Below, piece by piece: positions 20,463 through 31,686 of a stretch of DNA of 64,000 bases. Position numbers and translations under genes: made by a program. Location: positions 32,001 to 96,000 of the forward strand of contig CAWJYV010000004.1 in NCBI GenBank assembly GCA_963847185.1, in the 5' to 3' direction. Below the pieces are notes generated by a model, which saw only the letters and a list, made by a program, of their open reading frames with translations, had not been told where the DNA came from and searched no databases. Source of the stretch: an uncultured Methanosarcinaceae archaeon (GTDB lineage: Archaea > Halobacteriota > Methanosarcinia > Methanosarcinales > Methanosarcinaceae). Positions within the stretch are counted from its first letter, which is position 1. Every line of letters starts with the position of its first letter.

Positions 20463-22943
20463 TCAGCCCTGGACTTTCTTTTTGAGCTTCTTTGTTTCTT
20501 CTGCAACTTCCTTTTTTGAGTGCACTCTTGCTATCAGTTCTACAGCATCAAGGTTACGCACTGCACTGTCAAGATAGCCGAAAATGTCGCCCTGATATGC
20601 AGAAATCCCATATTTGTCTTCAAGCTTTTTCACTATCTGTGCCGGGTCCAGATCTTCAGTACGCAGTTTAATTATTTTTTCCGAAAACTTCTGTTCTGCA
20701 CAGCCGCAATAAGGCGAATCCCTGCATGTACAGGTTAAAAAGTCAGAGGCAAAGTTTAACATAAGCTCCCGGATTTTTGCATCAAGGTGAGTAAAGGATT
20801 CCCCATCAAAGATTATATCAAGAGACGCTCCCTGAAAAACCCTTGCAGGCATATTTACATTCAGGGTGCTTCCTATCTGATTTGCATATTTGAAATATGC
20901 AGCATCGAAGAACTCCAGATTTGTTACAATTTTCAGAGGGTCGTTTTCTTCGAGGACTGCATCCCGAATCATGAAAGCCTTGGATACAGGCAGGAAATGG
21001 GCTGCAATAATCTTTCCAAAGCGGGTAAGCGTTATCTTATTCCCTTTCCTTTCTACAAAACGATAGCTTTGAAGGCGCAGGATCAATTTGTCCAGGTCAA
21101 AACTTCCGAACATCATATTGTGAAGCTTTCTGAGGTCCTGAACAGAAGAAGTAACAGCAATAGACGCAAGCACTTCTTCAAGCTGTTCAGCCTCTCCGTA
21201 TTCGACTCCTGCTGTAAGCATTTCTCCCTGCAACAGTTTGATTGCAACCTCTTCTTCGGTATCGGACTGGGAACTTGAATAAGATTTCCCTGGGACCGGC
21301 ATAAGCACCACAACTCCTCTATCGTGGTAGTCCGGCCTCCCTGCCCTTCCGCTCATCTGCAAAAAGTCCTGGACCGAAATCCAGTCTATTCCCATTGCCA
21401 GAGATTCAAATATTACCTGGGACGCAGGAAAATCCACTCCAGCTGCAAGAGCGGCAGTTGTGACCACTACTGGAAGCTGGCCTTTTGCAAAAAGGGTTTC
21501 GATTTTCTTCCTTTCATACTGGGAAAGGCCTGCATGGTAAGGAGATGCCTGAATTCCAATAGATCCTGCAAGCTTGTGGCAGTTCCTACGCGAATTCGTA
21601 AAGACAATAGTCTGCCCTCTGTGCTTTTTGGAAGAGAGCATTGCGTACTCTTCTCTTGCAAGCTGGGTAATGAGTTTTGTCTTTTCATTTTCCTGGCAGA
21701 AAAGGAGATGCCTGTCAATAGGCACGGGTCTATGTTCGTAGAGGACAAGTTGAGCTCCAAGTTCCTTTGCATAGGCTGCAGGTTTTGCAACAGTTGCAGA
21801 GAGATAGATAAATTGAGCTTCAGGAGCTGCATAGCGCAATCTTCCTATTAATCCATCCAGCCTGTGCCCTCTCTCCTGGTCTTCGAGCATATGGACTTCA
21901 TCCACAACTACAGTCCCTATTTTCCCCAGAAAATCGGCATTTCCTGCGCGGAGCATATGGTCTATGCCCTCATAAGTTCCTACGATTATATCTGCACCGG
22001 GACTGGTATGCATTTTCACGCGCTGAGAAGTCTTTATGAGAATTGCCCCGATCTTTATAGAAGTGGTGAACCCGAGCTTTGAATAGCGTTCCTGAAACTG
22101 GTCGTATTTCTGGTTTGCAAGAGCAACAAGGGGAACAAGATAGAGCATTTTTCCTTTTTTGTCCAGAAGGTTCTGGACTCCTGCCATTTCCCCTATCAGG
22201 GTCTTTCCTGTTGCAGTTGCCGAGACGACGAACTGGTTTCTTCCCTCCAGAAGCCCGGCTTCTATGGACAGGGCCTGGACAGGGAGAAGGGTCTCGGATT
22301 TCTGGAGCAACATATCCTTAAACTTCTTTGCAAGAGGGAGATTCTTTATCCTGACAGTTGATTCTACAGGTTTTGTCCTGATTGTATCATACCGTGTAAA
22401 CTCAGGGTCCAGTCTTTCAGGACTCAGCATCCTTATAGTTCTGTCAAGATCTCTTGTTTTGAAGAGGACCCTTTCCAGAAAGTCAATTGATTTCTCACCA
22501 TACTGTACCCCTGCTGAGCGAACTGCACGCAGAAGCTCTTCTTTTGCGCATTCCTCACAGATGAGTTCATTATGGAACTTGATGGATTTACTATTTACAA
22601 AATTAAAACGTTTGTTGAACCAGCAGTGTTTACAGATTTTAACTATATCAGCCTCGAGCTGGAAACCTTTGAGCATTTCCAGAAAAGCAGCCTCATTTGC
22701 AGGATCCCCTCCTTCTGCAAGCATTATTCTCTTTGCACTGCGTAAAAACTCTATGAATTGCTGAGGAGGAATGAATTCCTCTTTTTTCTTACCGCTAAAA
22801 AGCCTGATTTTATGAGGGCGTGGTCCTTTGTAACTGTCCTTCAGCTGGAGTTCGGCCACATAAAGAGGTTGTTTCAGCCGGTCCTTTATAGCCATTATTA
22901 CTATCTTCGATTTTTCAGCGTTGCCTAGGACCCAGAGTGTCAT
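20463..22943 (-). CDS. Archaea-specific Ski2-like SF2 helicase (DUF5814, ASH-Ski2 type)
   Basis: SATATGKT, DEVH, LSAT, QMSGRAGRP; N- and C-terminal Cys clusters. Confidence 0.9.
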   Translation of the reverse strand: MTLWVLGNAEKSKIVIMAIKDRLKQPLYVAELQLKDSYKGPRPHKIRLFSGKKKEEFIPPQQFIEFLRSAKRIMLAEGGDPANEAAFLEMLKGFQLEADIVKICKHCWFNKRFNFVNSKSIKFHNELICEECAKEELLRAVRSAGVQYGEKSIDFLERVLFKTRDLDRTIRMLSPERLDPEFTRYDTIRTKPVESTVRIKNLPLAKKFKDMLLQKSETLLPVQALSIEAGLLEGRNQFVVSATATGKTLIGEMAGVQNLLDKKGKMLYLVPLVALANQKYDQFQERYSKLGFTTSIKIGAILIKTSQRVKMHTSPGADIIVGTYEGIDHMLRAGNADFLGKIGTVVVDEVHMLEDQERGHRLDGLIGRLRYAAPEAQFIYLSATVAKPAAYAKELGAQLVLYEHRPVPIDRHLLFCQENEKTKLITQLAREEYAMLSSKKHRGQTIVFTNSRRNCHKLAGSIGIQASPYHAGLSQYERKKIETLFAKGQLPVVVTTAALAAGVDFPASQVIFESLAMGIDWISVQDFLQMSGRAGRPDYHDRGVVVLMPVPGKSYSSSQSDTEEEVAIKLLQGEMLTAGVEYGEAEQLEEVLASIAVTSSVQDLRKLHNMMFGSFDLDKLILRLQSYRFVERKGNKITLTRFGKIIAAHFLPVSKAFMIRDAVLEENDPLKIVTNLEFFDAAYFKYANQIGSTLNVNMPARVFQGASLDIIFDGESFTHLDAKIRELMLNFASDFLTCTCRDSPYCGCAEQKFSEKIIKLRTEDLDPAQIVKKLEDKYGISAYQGDIFGYLDSAVRNLDAVELIARVHSKKEVAEETKKLKKKVQG

Positions 22944-23342
22944 TGTTTATCCTGATATGTGAATTGTATAAGTAAGCTTCCTTTCGAAACTTGGTTTTTG
23001 AACTATTTTTGATTATTTTTGATTATTATCTAAGATTTCTTGAAGACGATTTCTTATTGATCTATGAACTATTATCTTAACAATTTTTTGAGTATTTTTT
23101 AGTGGCTTTATTTATGGAGATAATCATATAAATGTTTTATTACTTATTAATTATATATATTAACTGACTGATCATTACCTTAAAGTTTCTGAATTATTCA
23201 CAGTGGCAAAACTAATAACAGAGGAATTGAGGCAGAAACTTACAGAAAGTACAGGATAGGGCCTGTAGTAAGATAAGATTTTTTTCCTTTTTGCTTCTTT
23301 CTTTTCTTTATTTACTTCTTTCTATCTCTCTAAAACCAGTTC

Positions 23343-24119
23343 TCAAAGGCAAGCTCCTTCCTTTGCAAATCTGCATCCGCAGTTTCGGGTCTCTTGTATA
23401 TTTTCAATTGTGTCCGAGATAATTGCAGAAATAGCTTCCTGAGCTTTTCTCACAACTTCAGTTACTTCATCTGCAGTTAATTTCTGAGTAGTCACCCCAC
23501 ATGCCTGGTTTGTAACAATAGCGAGCGAGGCATAACAAAGGCTGAGCTCTTTTGCGAGGGTTACTTCCGGGATACCGGTCATGCCGACAACATCAGCAAA
23601 CTGGCTCATCATGCGTATTTCTGCCCTGGTCTCAAAGCGTGGACCTTCAGTACAGGCATAGATTCCTTCAGTGTAAGAAACTCCCTGCTTTTTCATGGCC
23701 CATTTAAGGGACTCCCTGATTTCAGGACAGTAAGGTTCAGAGACGTCAACATGAACTGTAATATCGTCATAGAAAGTTGAAGGCCTGCTTCGGGTGAAAT
23801 CTATGAAATCATCAAGTACAACAAAACTTCCCACAGAGTGTCCTCTCATTGACCCAACGGAATTTGTGGAGATTACACGCTTTGCTCCAAGGGAATGAAC
23901 AGCCCAGATATTTGCTTTGTAGTTAATCTTGTGAGGGGGAATATGATTTATTCCAGCATGCCTGGGAATAACTGCAATTCTCTTTCCTCTTATGGTTGTA
24001 AGATAGGCTGTAACTTCTCCATAAGGAGTCTGCACTTCCAGGCTCTCAAAGTCTCCGCATGAATTGAAACCTACGCCTCCAAGCACTGCAATTTCAGCAT
24101 TTTCAGCTGCTTGTTTCAT
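23343..24119 (-). CDS. mtnP: MTAP-family purine nucleoside phosphorylase
   Basis: TPYG, PRH, PPHKINYKANI, EGPRFETRAE, DVVGMT. Confidence 0.88.
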   Translation of the reverse strand: MKQAAENAEIAVLGGVGFNSCGDFESLEVQTPYGEVTAYLTTIRGKRIAVIPRHAGINHIPPHKINYKANIWAVHSLGAKRVISTNSVGSMRGHSVGSFVVLDDFIDFTRSRPSTFYDDITVHVDVSEPYCPEIRESLKWAMKKQGVSYTEGIYACTEGPRFETRAEIRMMSQFADVVGMTGIPEVTLAKELSLCYASLAIVTNQACGVTTQKLTADEVTEVVRKAQEAISAIISDTIENIQETRNCGCRFAKEGACL

Positions 24120-24363
24120 TGTTATTTCTCTCCAATTTCAATTAATGTATTTAATCTTCATACTCAAAAGGAATATTTTAAAAACAAAGTTATATTCAAA
24201 AAGAATTCCTCTAAACTATTTGAACCGACCTTTTTTAAAAAATAAAACAAAAAATTCAATAAATGGGCTTTTTAATTTGATTTATTTTTAATATTTAGTT
24301 TCGTGCGTTTTTTGCTCCTTTTTTATTTTTATTTCGCCTGAATTTGAAATGCCTTTTAATCTT

Positions 24364-25497
24364 TTAGAGGATTTTTCTTTGTTTTCTTTCTTTTTCTTTC
24401 TTCCCATTCTCAGAAATATGGTTTGATACGGAATATTTTATGCCCGAAAGAGCAATAAGAATTGCAACAATCGTGGAATATACGAAGTACTGAAGAGCAA
24501 CTACTGTGTCGTTGATTCCGCCTGAAACAGGAAATGATGCTAAAATATATGTCCCTGCACCCCAGAAGAGTAATCCGGTTGCGATGATAAAAAGAGAGGT
24601 TGACACATTTTTGTATATTGGTTTGCCTTCTCTTCTTAGATCGAATATTTTCCCAAAGTTTGCAAGCAGCAAAGCTCCCACATACCACCAGACAGAAGCA
24701 TTGATGAAAACAGCGACTAAAGTAAGGGCTCCATGATACCAGACTCCCTCTATGGAGTAAAGTTGCCATACTTCCATTGCCCCGTATGCAGTGGCGACAA
24801 TACTTGTAAGCAGGGCAGCAGTGTAGCTGATGAAGATCATTCTCTGTGCCAGGAAAGCGTCCCACAGCCGTTCTCTTTCAAGGGCAAGAATATCATCGAG
24901 CCCAAAGCCTCGATAAAGCATGTAAAGCCCGACAGCTGCAAGGATTCCCACGACTGCACCTTCAGGGTAATGAGCCAGAAGAAATATCGCATAAATTAGA
25001 AAAGCAAGCCCCAAGGGCACAAAAAAAGTCTGAGATATTTTTGGATCGCTGAAGGCATGTTTCAGTATATAGTAAGTACTTTCCAGATTCTCACTCTGCA
25101 TTACGACAATTCTTTTTACAGAGTCAATTTTCATGCGGGACTGAACTATAGGAACAAGAGTCTCGTCTTCTGCTCCATCCGAGACAAATACTGCTCTCTG
25201 CACTTCATTCATTTTGAGGAAAGTCTCAAGTTGTTCGGCAATTTTCTGATCAGAGATAACTCCGACATTTTTGTCCCCTGCAAAAGAGATTATTTCAGCG
25301 TCAGCTCCCTTTGCCCGCAGCTCGTCAAGAATCCTGATCCCACCAAAGATTGTATTGGTATCCGAGTCCTCTGGGTCTGCGATTCCAAGTGCGACAGCAG
25401 CTTGAACGTTAGCTTCACGTCCTATTATTGGGGTTCCCAGTTTTGCTTTTTCCCCCAGATCATTATCTCTGTCTATGCATATAACTAAGGTCTGCAT
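24364..25497 (-). CDS. DUF373-family membrane protein
   Basis: LVICIDRDNDLG, DPEDSDTN, VSDGAEDE. Confidence 0.88.
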   Translation of the reverse strand: MQTLVICIDRDNDLGEKAKLGTPIIGREANVQAAVALGIADPEDSDTNTIFGGIRILDELRAKGADAEIISFAGDKNVGVISDQKIAEQLETFLKMNEVQRAVFVSDGAEDETLVPIVQSRMKIDSVKRIVVMQSENLESTYYILKHAFSDPKISQTFFVPLGLAFLIYAIFLLAHYPEGAVVGILAAVGLYMLYRGFGLDDILALERERLWDAFLAQRMIFISYTAALLTSIVATAYGAMEVWQLYSIEGVWYHGALTLVAVFINASVWWYVGALLLANFGKIFDLRREGKPIYKNVSTSLFIIATGLLFWGAGTYILASFPVSGGINDTVVALQYFVYSTIVAILIALSGIKYSVSNHISENGKKEKERKQRKIL

Positions 25498-26224
25498 GTC
25501 TCCTCTATAGCTTTAAATAGTTTCTTCTATCGCAGAGAGCTGATTTATATCTGAACACGATATCCTGATCCGGCTTTTCATATTTCCTGCCGGTGTTTTC
25601 TAACCTCTTTTAACTGGTTAAGTTGACTTACTCTTTACAAGCATACTATTTTAATTTATAGTTTATAATTCATATATAGTTCAATCTTATATATTTTGGC
25701 TTGTTGGCGCACTCAAGCGATTTTACAATTTTATTAAATTAGATTCAATAAATAGGCTATGTGTCTAAACTATATAATACAGTAAGACATTATTCCATAT
25801 AAGAAGTATGGAAGTATAGAGCAAGTATTAAGCCTTGGCTTCTACATATAGTTTAAGGAGCGGGTAACACTGTGCCAGTTTAATTATTCTGGGCATCAAA
25901 AAGTTGTATTTTGGCTGTCTTTGTTTCACCCTGTGAGGGATTATGGTGCAGCTCGGAAATATAAAATAGGAAGGTAAACCGGACTGATCTGTACGTATTT
26001 TTAATAATCAAAAAATTGACTTGTCCCTGTTTTTAATAATCAAATGGATTTTGGCTCTGCTGCTATTTTTTGCTTTATGTTAATTTTTAGTATAAAAATA
26101 AAAATAAAAAAGTTAAAAAGTATTTTATGCTCTGCCAGCATCTTATGTAAAGAATCTATATAGTTGAGCTATGAAGCCAGTAGCATAAAATATCAACTCA
26201 ACTCCATACCCTAGAAGCGGTACC

Positions 26225-27010
26225 ATGAAAAATATTACTAAATATGGAATTTTTTTGGTTGGGATTATTTCTTTGCTGACATTAAATGTTTCAGCGCTAT
26301 CCAATCCTTCAAATGATAGTATCAAACTCGAAAACAATGAAGAGGAACCTATCAGCATTGACATAAATATAGATTTCGAACCTTACAACCATGAAGAGTT
26401 AAGAGACTATTCAGACACAATTGTAGTAGGCACAGTTAAAGAAATACTTCCCCCAAAATGGAATACTGCCGACGGAAAACAACCGAATAAAGCAATTGCT
26501 GAACTCAACAATGAAAACGTCATTTATACTGATATCATTGTAAGTGTTGATGAATACCTCAAAAATCCATTATCGTCCAAGGAGATTATTGTGAGAATTA
26601 CTGGTGGGACAATTGGAAAGATTAGCATGTCTACAGACGCTGATCCAAGCTTCAAAATGGGTGAAAAGGTTTTAATCTATCTGAGTAAGGATGATGATCC
26701 ATATACAAAGGATTTTGGTCCTGAACATTTCATAGTTACTGATTTTTATGAGGGTAAGTTCACATTAACAGATGATGGAAAAGCTATAGGATACGTCCAA
26801 AATACTACTCTCAATGAATTATTGAGTACAATTAATCAAACCGATAATAAGACAAACGATACAGAAATGTCAGATAATACAAAAACGGTGAGTAAACAAG
26901 AAGGAAATTCCAATTCTACCCCGGAATCAAAAAGTGCTCCTTTCATAAGCTCTTTTTGGGCGCTTGCAGCAGTTATTGGGGCAGTCAGTTATGCAAGAAA
27001 AACGAAGTAA
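26225..27010 (+). CDS. Secreted/cell-surface protein with PGF-CTERM-like anchor
   Basis: Signal peptide; Ser/Thr/Asn linker; C-terminal APFISSFWALAAVIGAVSYARKTK. Confidence 0.75.
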   Translation: MKNITKYGIFLVGIISLLTLNVSALSNPSNDSIKLENNEEEPISIDINIDFEPYNHEELRDYSDTIVVGTVKEILPPKWNTADGKQPNKAIAELNNENVIYTDIIVSVDEYLKNPLSSKEIIVRITGGTIGKISMSTDADPSFKMGEKVLIYLSKDDDPYTKDFGPEHFIVTDFYEGKFTLTDDGKAIGYVQNTTLNELLSTINQTDNKTNDTEMSDNTKTVSKQEGNSNSTPESKSAPFISSFWALAAVIGAVSYARKTK

Positions 27011-27285
27011 CGAATTGCAAATCTTCCACATATAATTTAATGAGCGTGTGACGTGGTGCTGTTAAAGTATATAGGAAAATAAATATATGCATAAATAGTT
27101 CTGAATATATAGAAAATGGTATTGGGGTGTGGTGTTATCCTTTTATATCTATCTATATACACTTATATATTAGCAAAAATCGGGTCAAATCGACAGGTCT
27201 GCACCTACAAAATTAATCAAAAATCGGGCTCTAATAATATATAGGAAAATATAAGCCAAACAACCTGTACTAATATTCTAATATT

Positions 27286-27372
27286 TTATACATCACGAGT
27301 TAACATAAATGGGTTTAAAGTCTAATATGTTATACATCCCGAATTAACGTAACAGGTTTAAAGTCTAATATG
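27286..27372. repeat. Imperfect 43-44 bp tandem duplication
   Basis: TTATACATC.CGA.TTAAC...GGTTTAAAGTCTAATATG x2. Confidence 0.7.
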
Positions 27373-27491
27373 TTGATATTAAGATAACGTAGCCGCTTTA
27401 GCCGCTTCATTCTTTCTTCGTTGGCTTTCAGGTATTGAATTGTGATGTTTTAAACAACTTTCACAGTATAACGCATGTTCTGGTTTACTAA

Positions 27492-27731
27492 GAGCGTATC
27501 TTAAAATTAAATTTGATTCCACAATTGGGACCGGACTTACGCATTTGAACTGAAAAACAGCAGCACTAAACCGTTAAATGTCTAATATGTAAATTTTAAC
27601 CATGACACCTAATGTATTTGGTTTTATACATCGAGCGAGCAAGTCCTATGTAATAAATTTACGGTCTAAGTTTAAAATCAACGATGCCTACTATCCAAAT
27701 GTAGATATGGTTTGAATTTTAAGACAGCCTC
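27492..27731. mobile_element. Composite MITE B, copy 1 (inner element 27533-27646)
   Basis: TIR GAGCGTATCTTAAAATT / AATTTTAAGACAGCCTC; near-identical to 55710-55947. Confidence 0.85.
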
Positions 27732-27832
27732 TTAGTGGCAGAAAACCAGACTAAAGCTGGCTGATTTTTGTTAGTTCATTTACAGAGAACAGATTTAAAA
27801 CGAAGGAATCAAATTGGGTTGGAATATTCATT

Positions 27833-28138
27833 TTATGGAAAACTTCCCATAATACTTAATTTCTCCTTGCATTTTGAGATGAAATTTTTAAATTCTTCAG
27901 CTTCTACAACAGGAAAGACTTCAACCTGACATAAATCGGCAATTGGTAAATTGTAAGTCATATAGTCTTTAACAGATTCAACATCATAGAGAGTAATCAT
28001 GCGTCCTCCTCCTGCATCAAACCATTGATTAACGATTTTCAGTCTATTCGGAGAAACTATACTCTCTGCCTTTTCCCACCGCTTAAATAGCTCCGTGCTA
28101 TTTTCAGGGTCAAATGTTGTTATGTCTAACAACAGCAT
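27833..28138 (-). CDS. DUF3303-like protein
   Basis: MLLLDITTFDPEN...QWFDAGGGRMITLYDVES...VEVFPV; GGGGA SD before ATG 28138. Confidence 0.7.
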   Translation of the reverse strand: MLLLDITTFDPENSTELFKRWEKAESIVSPNRLKIVNQWFDAGGGRMITLYDVESVKDYMTYNLPIADLCQVEVFPVVEAEEFKNFISKCKEKLSIMGSFP

Positions 28139-28639
28139 ATATTTTCCATCCCCTGTTAATCGAATAGTTATGCTGTTTTTCACATGACTACTTTTTCACA
28201 TGAGTACTTTTGGATAACAGCTTATATAGGTTTTGCAACAGAATAAATTTTCTCAATATGATGACAAGTTAAATTTTAATTGTTTTAAATATTTCTTTAC
28301 TTTTGCCGGTTTTGAACATCAGTGTTAACCAAGCCGAAATAATCTTTATATTCTTCAGAGCAGAATTTAAATTTTCTACTGCTTCTAAAAATATTCAAAA
28401 GCTTCAGCTTTAAAAATAAAGCTGATGAAGAAGTTGGTAGCTTTATATATTGTCTGCACGGAAAATGAAATTGCAAAAAATTTGGATTACAGGATTTGGA
28501 ATTGCAATATAGTGTGAATACTGAAAAAGCTACTCCGTTTAGAGATCTAAAACTCTATTGTATAATCTGGACTACCAAAAGTCAAATAATGGTATAGAAT
28601 AATGTAAGTCAAATCTATATGCTTTAAAGTGAGAACTTT

Positions 28640-29233
28640 ATGATAACAGATCCGAATCTTACGTTGTTTCATATCATTAATGATATGGCTGGAAAGACCT
28701 CAATTCTTGATACTACTATGATATTTGCAGCAGAGTATCTCATTTATTTTTTTGGCGTTTATCTCACATATATATGGCTTGCAAAAAATGAACTTCGGCA
28801 GGAGGTATTATTTACCGGGTATGCAGCACTTTTTGGTATGGGAATAAATTTCATTATCGCTCTATTCTATTTTCACCCAAGGCCCTTCATGATACCCACT
28901 GGAACACTCCTTATAGCACATGCGGCAGAATCTTCTTTTCCTTCTGATCATGCGACTATAATGTTTTCAATTTCACTGATGTTTCTGATATTTAGAGATT
29001 TGAGGCACAGTGGCTTTATATTCTTCATACTTGCATTCACCAGCGGAATTGCAAGAATTTATTCCGGAGTTCATTTTCCTATGGATATCGCTGGCTCCTT
29101 ACTTGTTGCTTCATTTTCAACCTGTATACTGCTAGCTCTAAGAAACTATTTGATTCCTATTAACTGCATATTAATTACCTACTTTGAGAAAATTATGAGC
29201 AAAATTAAAAAAAACGATCTAAAGGTTTCTTAA
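28640..29233 (+). CDS. PAP2-family (BcrC-like) polyprenyl-diphosphate phosphatase
   Basis: HPRPF, SFPSDHA, ARIYSGVHFPMDI. Confidence 0.88.
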   Translation: MITDPNLTLFHIINDMAGKTSILDTTMIFAAEYLIYFFGVYLTYIWLAKNELRQEVLFTGYAALFGMGINFIIALFYFHPRPFMIPTGTLLIAHAAESSFPSDHATIMFSISLMFLIFRDLRHSGFIFFILAFTSGIARIYSGVHFPMDIAGSLLVASFSTCILLALRNYLIPINCILITYFEKIMSKIKKNDLKVS

Positions 29234-29671
29234 GAATCGGAAAACAAGCACTTTTCATGAAAACTTTTTTTGATGGGGCTTAAGATCCAAAATCAAAAGT
29301 TCCATAAGATGTAAACAAAAAAGAATTTCCCATTTCTTTTTCTATCCTGTGTCCGAGTTTCTGTATTTTCTTACAACAACCCCATATCCAGCCCAAAGCT
29401 GGAAAAATACGAAACAAAATGCTTTATGGCACCTCTTCTAACAAATAAATACTGGCAAAGCCAGAACACGAGGCAGGAAAAAGAGGCTTCAACGTGAGTT
29501 GCAGGGGAAAAAGTCACAATATGCGCTACAGGAGAAAGCAGGCTTTGATTTTTTTTGATTGCTTGAGTTTTTTACATTCTATCTTGTTAAAGAACATGTT
29601 TAAAAAAAGCAAAACTAAAACTTATATCAAATGCCATCTAAATTATTTTATTAAAACAGGGGGTAATTATC

Positions 29672-30061
29672 ATTCCAAGAGTGGTCCATTTTGAGATACA
29701 TGCAGAAGATATTTCAAGAGCAAAAAAATTTTATGAAGATGTATTCGGCTGGAAGATCGCGAGATGGGAAGGTCCTACGGAATACTGGAACATAACAACT
29801 GGTAAGAAGGAAGAGATGGGAATCGATGGCGGTTTGATGAAAAGATTGGGAGGAGAACCAAAAGCGAATACTCCGATAAGCACCTATGTCTGCACAATAG
29901 ATGTCCCGAAAATCGATGAATACTTAAAAAAGATACAGGAGCACGGTGGCAAAGTGACGATGGAAAAAAGTGCTATACCTGGTGTAGGCTGGCTTGCCTA
30001 TTGCCTTGATACCGAAAAAAACATATTCGGGGTAATGCAGCCTGACGTGAGCGCCATATAA
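29672..30061 (+). CDS. VOC/glyoxalase-family protein (start ATT 29672 or GTG 29681)
   Basis: (I)PRVVHFEI, FYEDVFGW, GIDGGLMKR, IPGVGWLAYCLDTEKN. Confidence 0.88.
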   Translation: MPRVVHFEIHAEDISRAKKFYEDVFGWKIARWEGPTEYWNITTGKKEEMGIDGGLMKRLGGEPKANTPISTYVCTIDVPKIDEYLKKIQEHGGKVTMEKSAIPGVGWLAYCLDTEKNIFGVMQPDVSAI

Positions 30062-30417
30062 TCTTTTCTAATTTATTTTTCTTATTCACCAGAAATCTTA
30101 TTCTCTTCTGATAGACTACAACATCTCTACGGAAGCCCCAATATCTACAAAAGAAAAAAACTCTAAGTAGATTCTTTTTTCATTCCAGATATCTCAAATT
30201 AAACAATGAGCAAACCTTTCGTATTTCCGAAATTTAAAAGAAATTGAAGGCTGCAACTTCTAAGATGCCTCGTAAGATGAAAGAAAGCAGCCTTTCAGCC
30301 TGGAACTTCAAATTAGTTATCAAAGGCCATTTCACCGGATAAATGCGCCGGATAAATGCCCAGAAAACTTATTTTTGCTTAATTCAGAAAGGTAAGCTTT
30401 ACACGCTCACCTTTAAA

Positions 30418-30645
30418 TCAATCCAGGATTTTTTCATTTTCCAGAATCCCTTTTGAAAATGTCACTCCGTCAATTTTCAATTCGAATTCTACTTTTACAT
30501 CTTTAATTCCATATTGTCTGAGGTCTTCCATAGCTATTCTTATTGTATCCCATATATTGGCTTTCAAGGAAAACTCAAAGTCGTTTATGGATTCCTCTTC
30601 AATTGTTTGAAATTCTTCTAGTGTGAGATTAGATTCGTTGATCAT
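30418..30645 (-). CDS. Small acidic hypothetical protein
   Basis: 75-aa ORF with purine-rich leader and plausible composition. Confidence 0.55.
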   Translation of the reverse strand: MINESNLTLEEFQTIEEESINDFEFSLKANIWDTIRIAMEDLRQYGIKDVKVEFELKIDGVTFSKGILENEKILD

Positions 30646-30846
30646 TTTTCTCTCTTCCTGAACCTCACTTCCAATCTAGAATTAATGATATCTTTGTGAT
30701 AGAAATTTTAGTTTTTAATATTTTCAATATTTTTGCTTGTAAATCTTGGTCATTTGATTATTGAAACCAATTTACAGAAAAGGCGCTCAGGCACCTTTCG
30801 GATGCTCACACCTTACGGATACTCAAGCGCCTTAATTATCTCGCAT

Positions 30847-31254
30847 TCAGGCAGGAGTTTCCTTGGACATGATATAGGCGACCATTCCGGGATTAAGTTT
30901 GCTTTCCCTTGAGATCTTTGCCTCAATATCTTCAGCAGATTTTCCTTCAATTTTCATTTCTTTTATTTTTTCAATTACTGAGGAAGGAATTGCGTAATAC
31001 TCGTTTATATCCTTCCTGTGGCCCCAGACATCTCCTTCAATGAGCTGGATACGCTGCATTTCAAGAAACATTTCTATTGACTTTGAGACCGTGGCCATGT
31101 AAGACTTGGGTAATTGAATTACCTCAAGTTTGGGACAGGTTTCAACAAGTCCGAAAATATCCTTGTTAGAAGGCCGGAATGCCAGGTGGACAATCCGCTC
31201 ATTAGGATTTAATGTAAAGATTTCTTCTCTTGAACTGACTACTCTAATTTTCAT
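30847..31254 (-). CDS. DUF1699-family protein
   Basis: MKIRVVSSREEI...VHLAFRPSNKD...GDVWGHRKDINEY. Confidence 0.9.
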   Translation of the reverse strand: MKIRVVSSREEIFTLNPNERIVHLAFRPSNKDIFGLVETCPKLEVIQLPKSYMATVSKSIEMFLEMQRIQLIEGDVWGHRKDINEYYAIPSSVIEKIKEMKIEGKSAEDIEAKISRESKLNPGMVAYIMSKETPA

Positions 31255-31686
31255 ATTTTTCCCCCACTTTAAAGTTATTTTAATTGTACTTTGATATAAA
31301 GTACATATACTGACTATAAATAATTATCTCATTGAACTAACATTATTTAGATAGTATTCTGGATCTACTACTTTTATAATGCATCCAGAATTGCTCGAGA
31401 AAAGCCAAAAAAGGACTAAAACCCACTTTTCATAAATAATTCTCTTATTTTCATCTTGTTTTGATCCCTTCTCCGACTGTAATTTTTTACTAAAAAAGCT
31501 TTAATTGTTATAATAATTTTAAGTAAATATACCGCTTTTTTAGAGACTTTCTGTAAAGGCTTCTGCGTCACTTCGGAAAAGTAATTAATGCCTGATAACA
31601 AGTATTATAGTAGGTATTTTATTTATCTGCAGTGTTTTATTTCATTCTATAGCTATTATAGCTCCATAAATCTCTGGAGGGATATC

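Noticed and set aside
20520-22764. Long plus-strand ORFs antisense to the helicase (and similar shadows of mtmB, cydAB, DUF373, acyl-CoA synthetase)
   Set aside because: Antisense shadows of well-supported genes with no protein motifs
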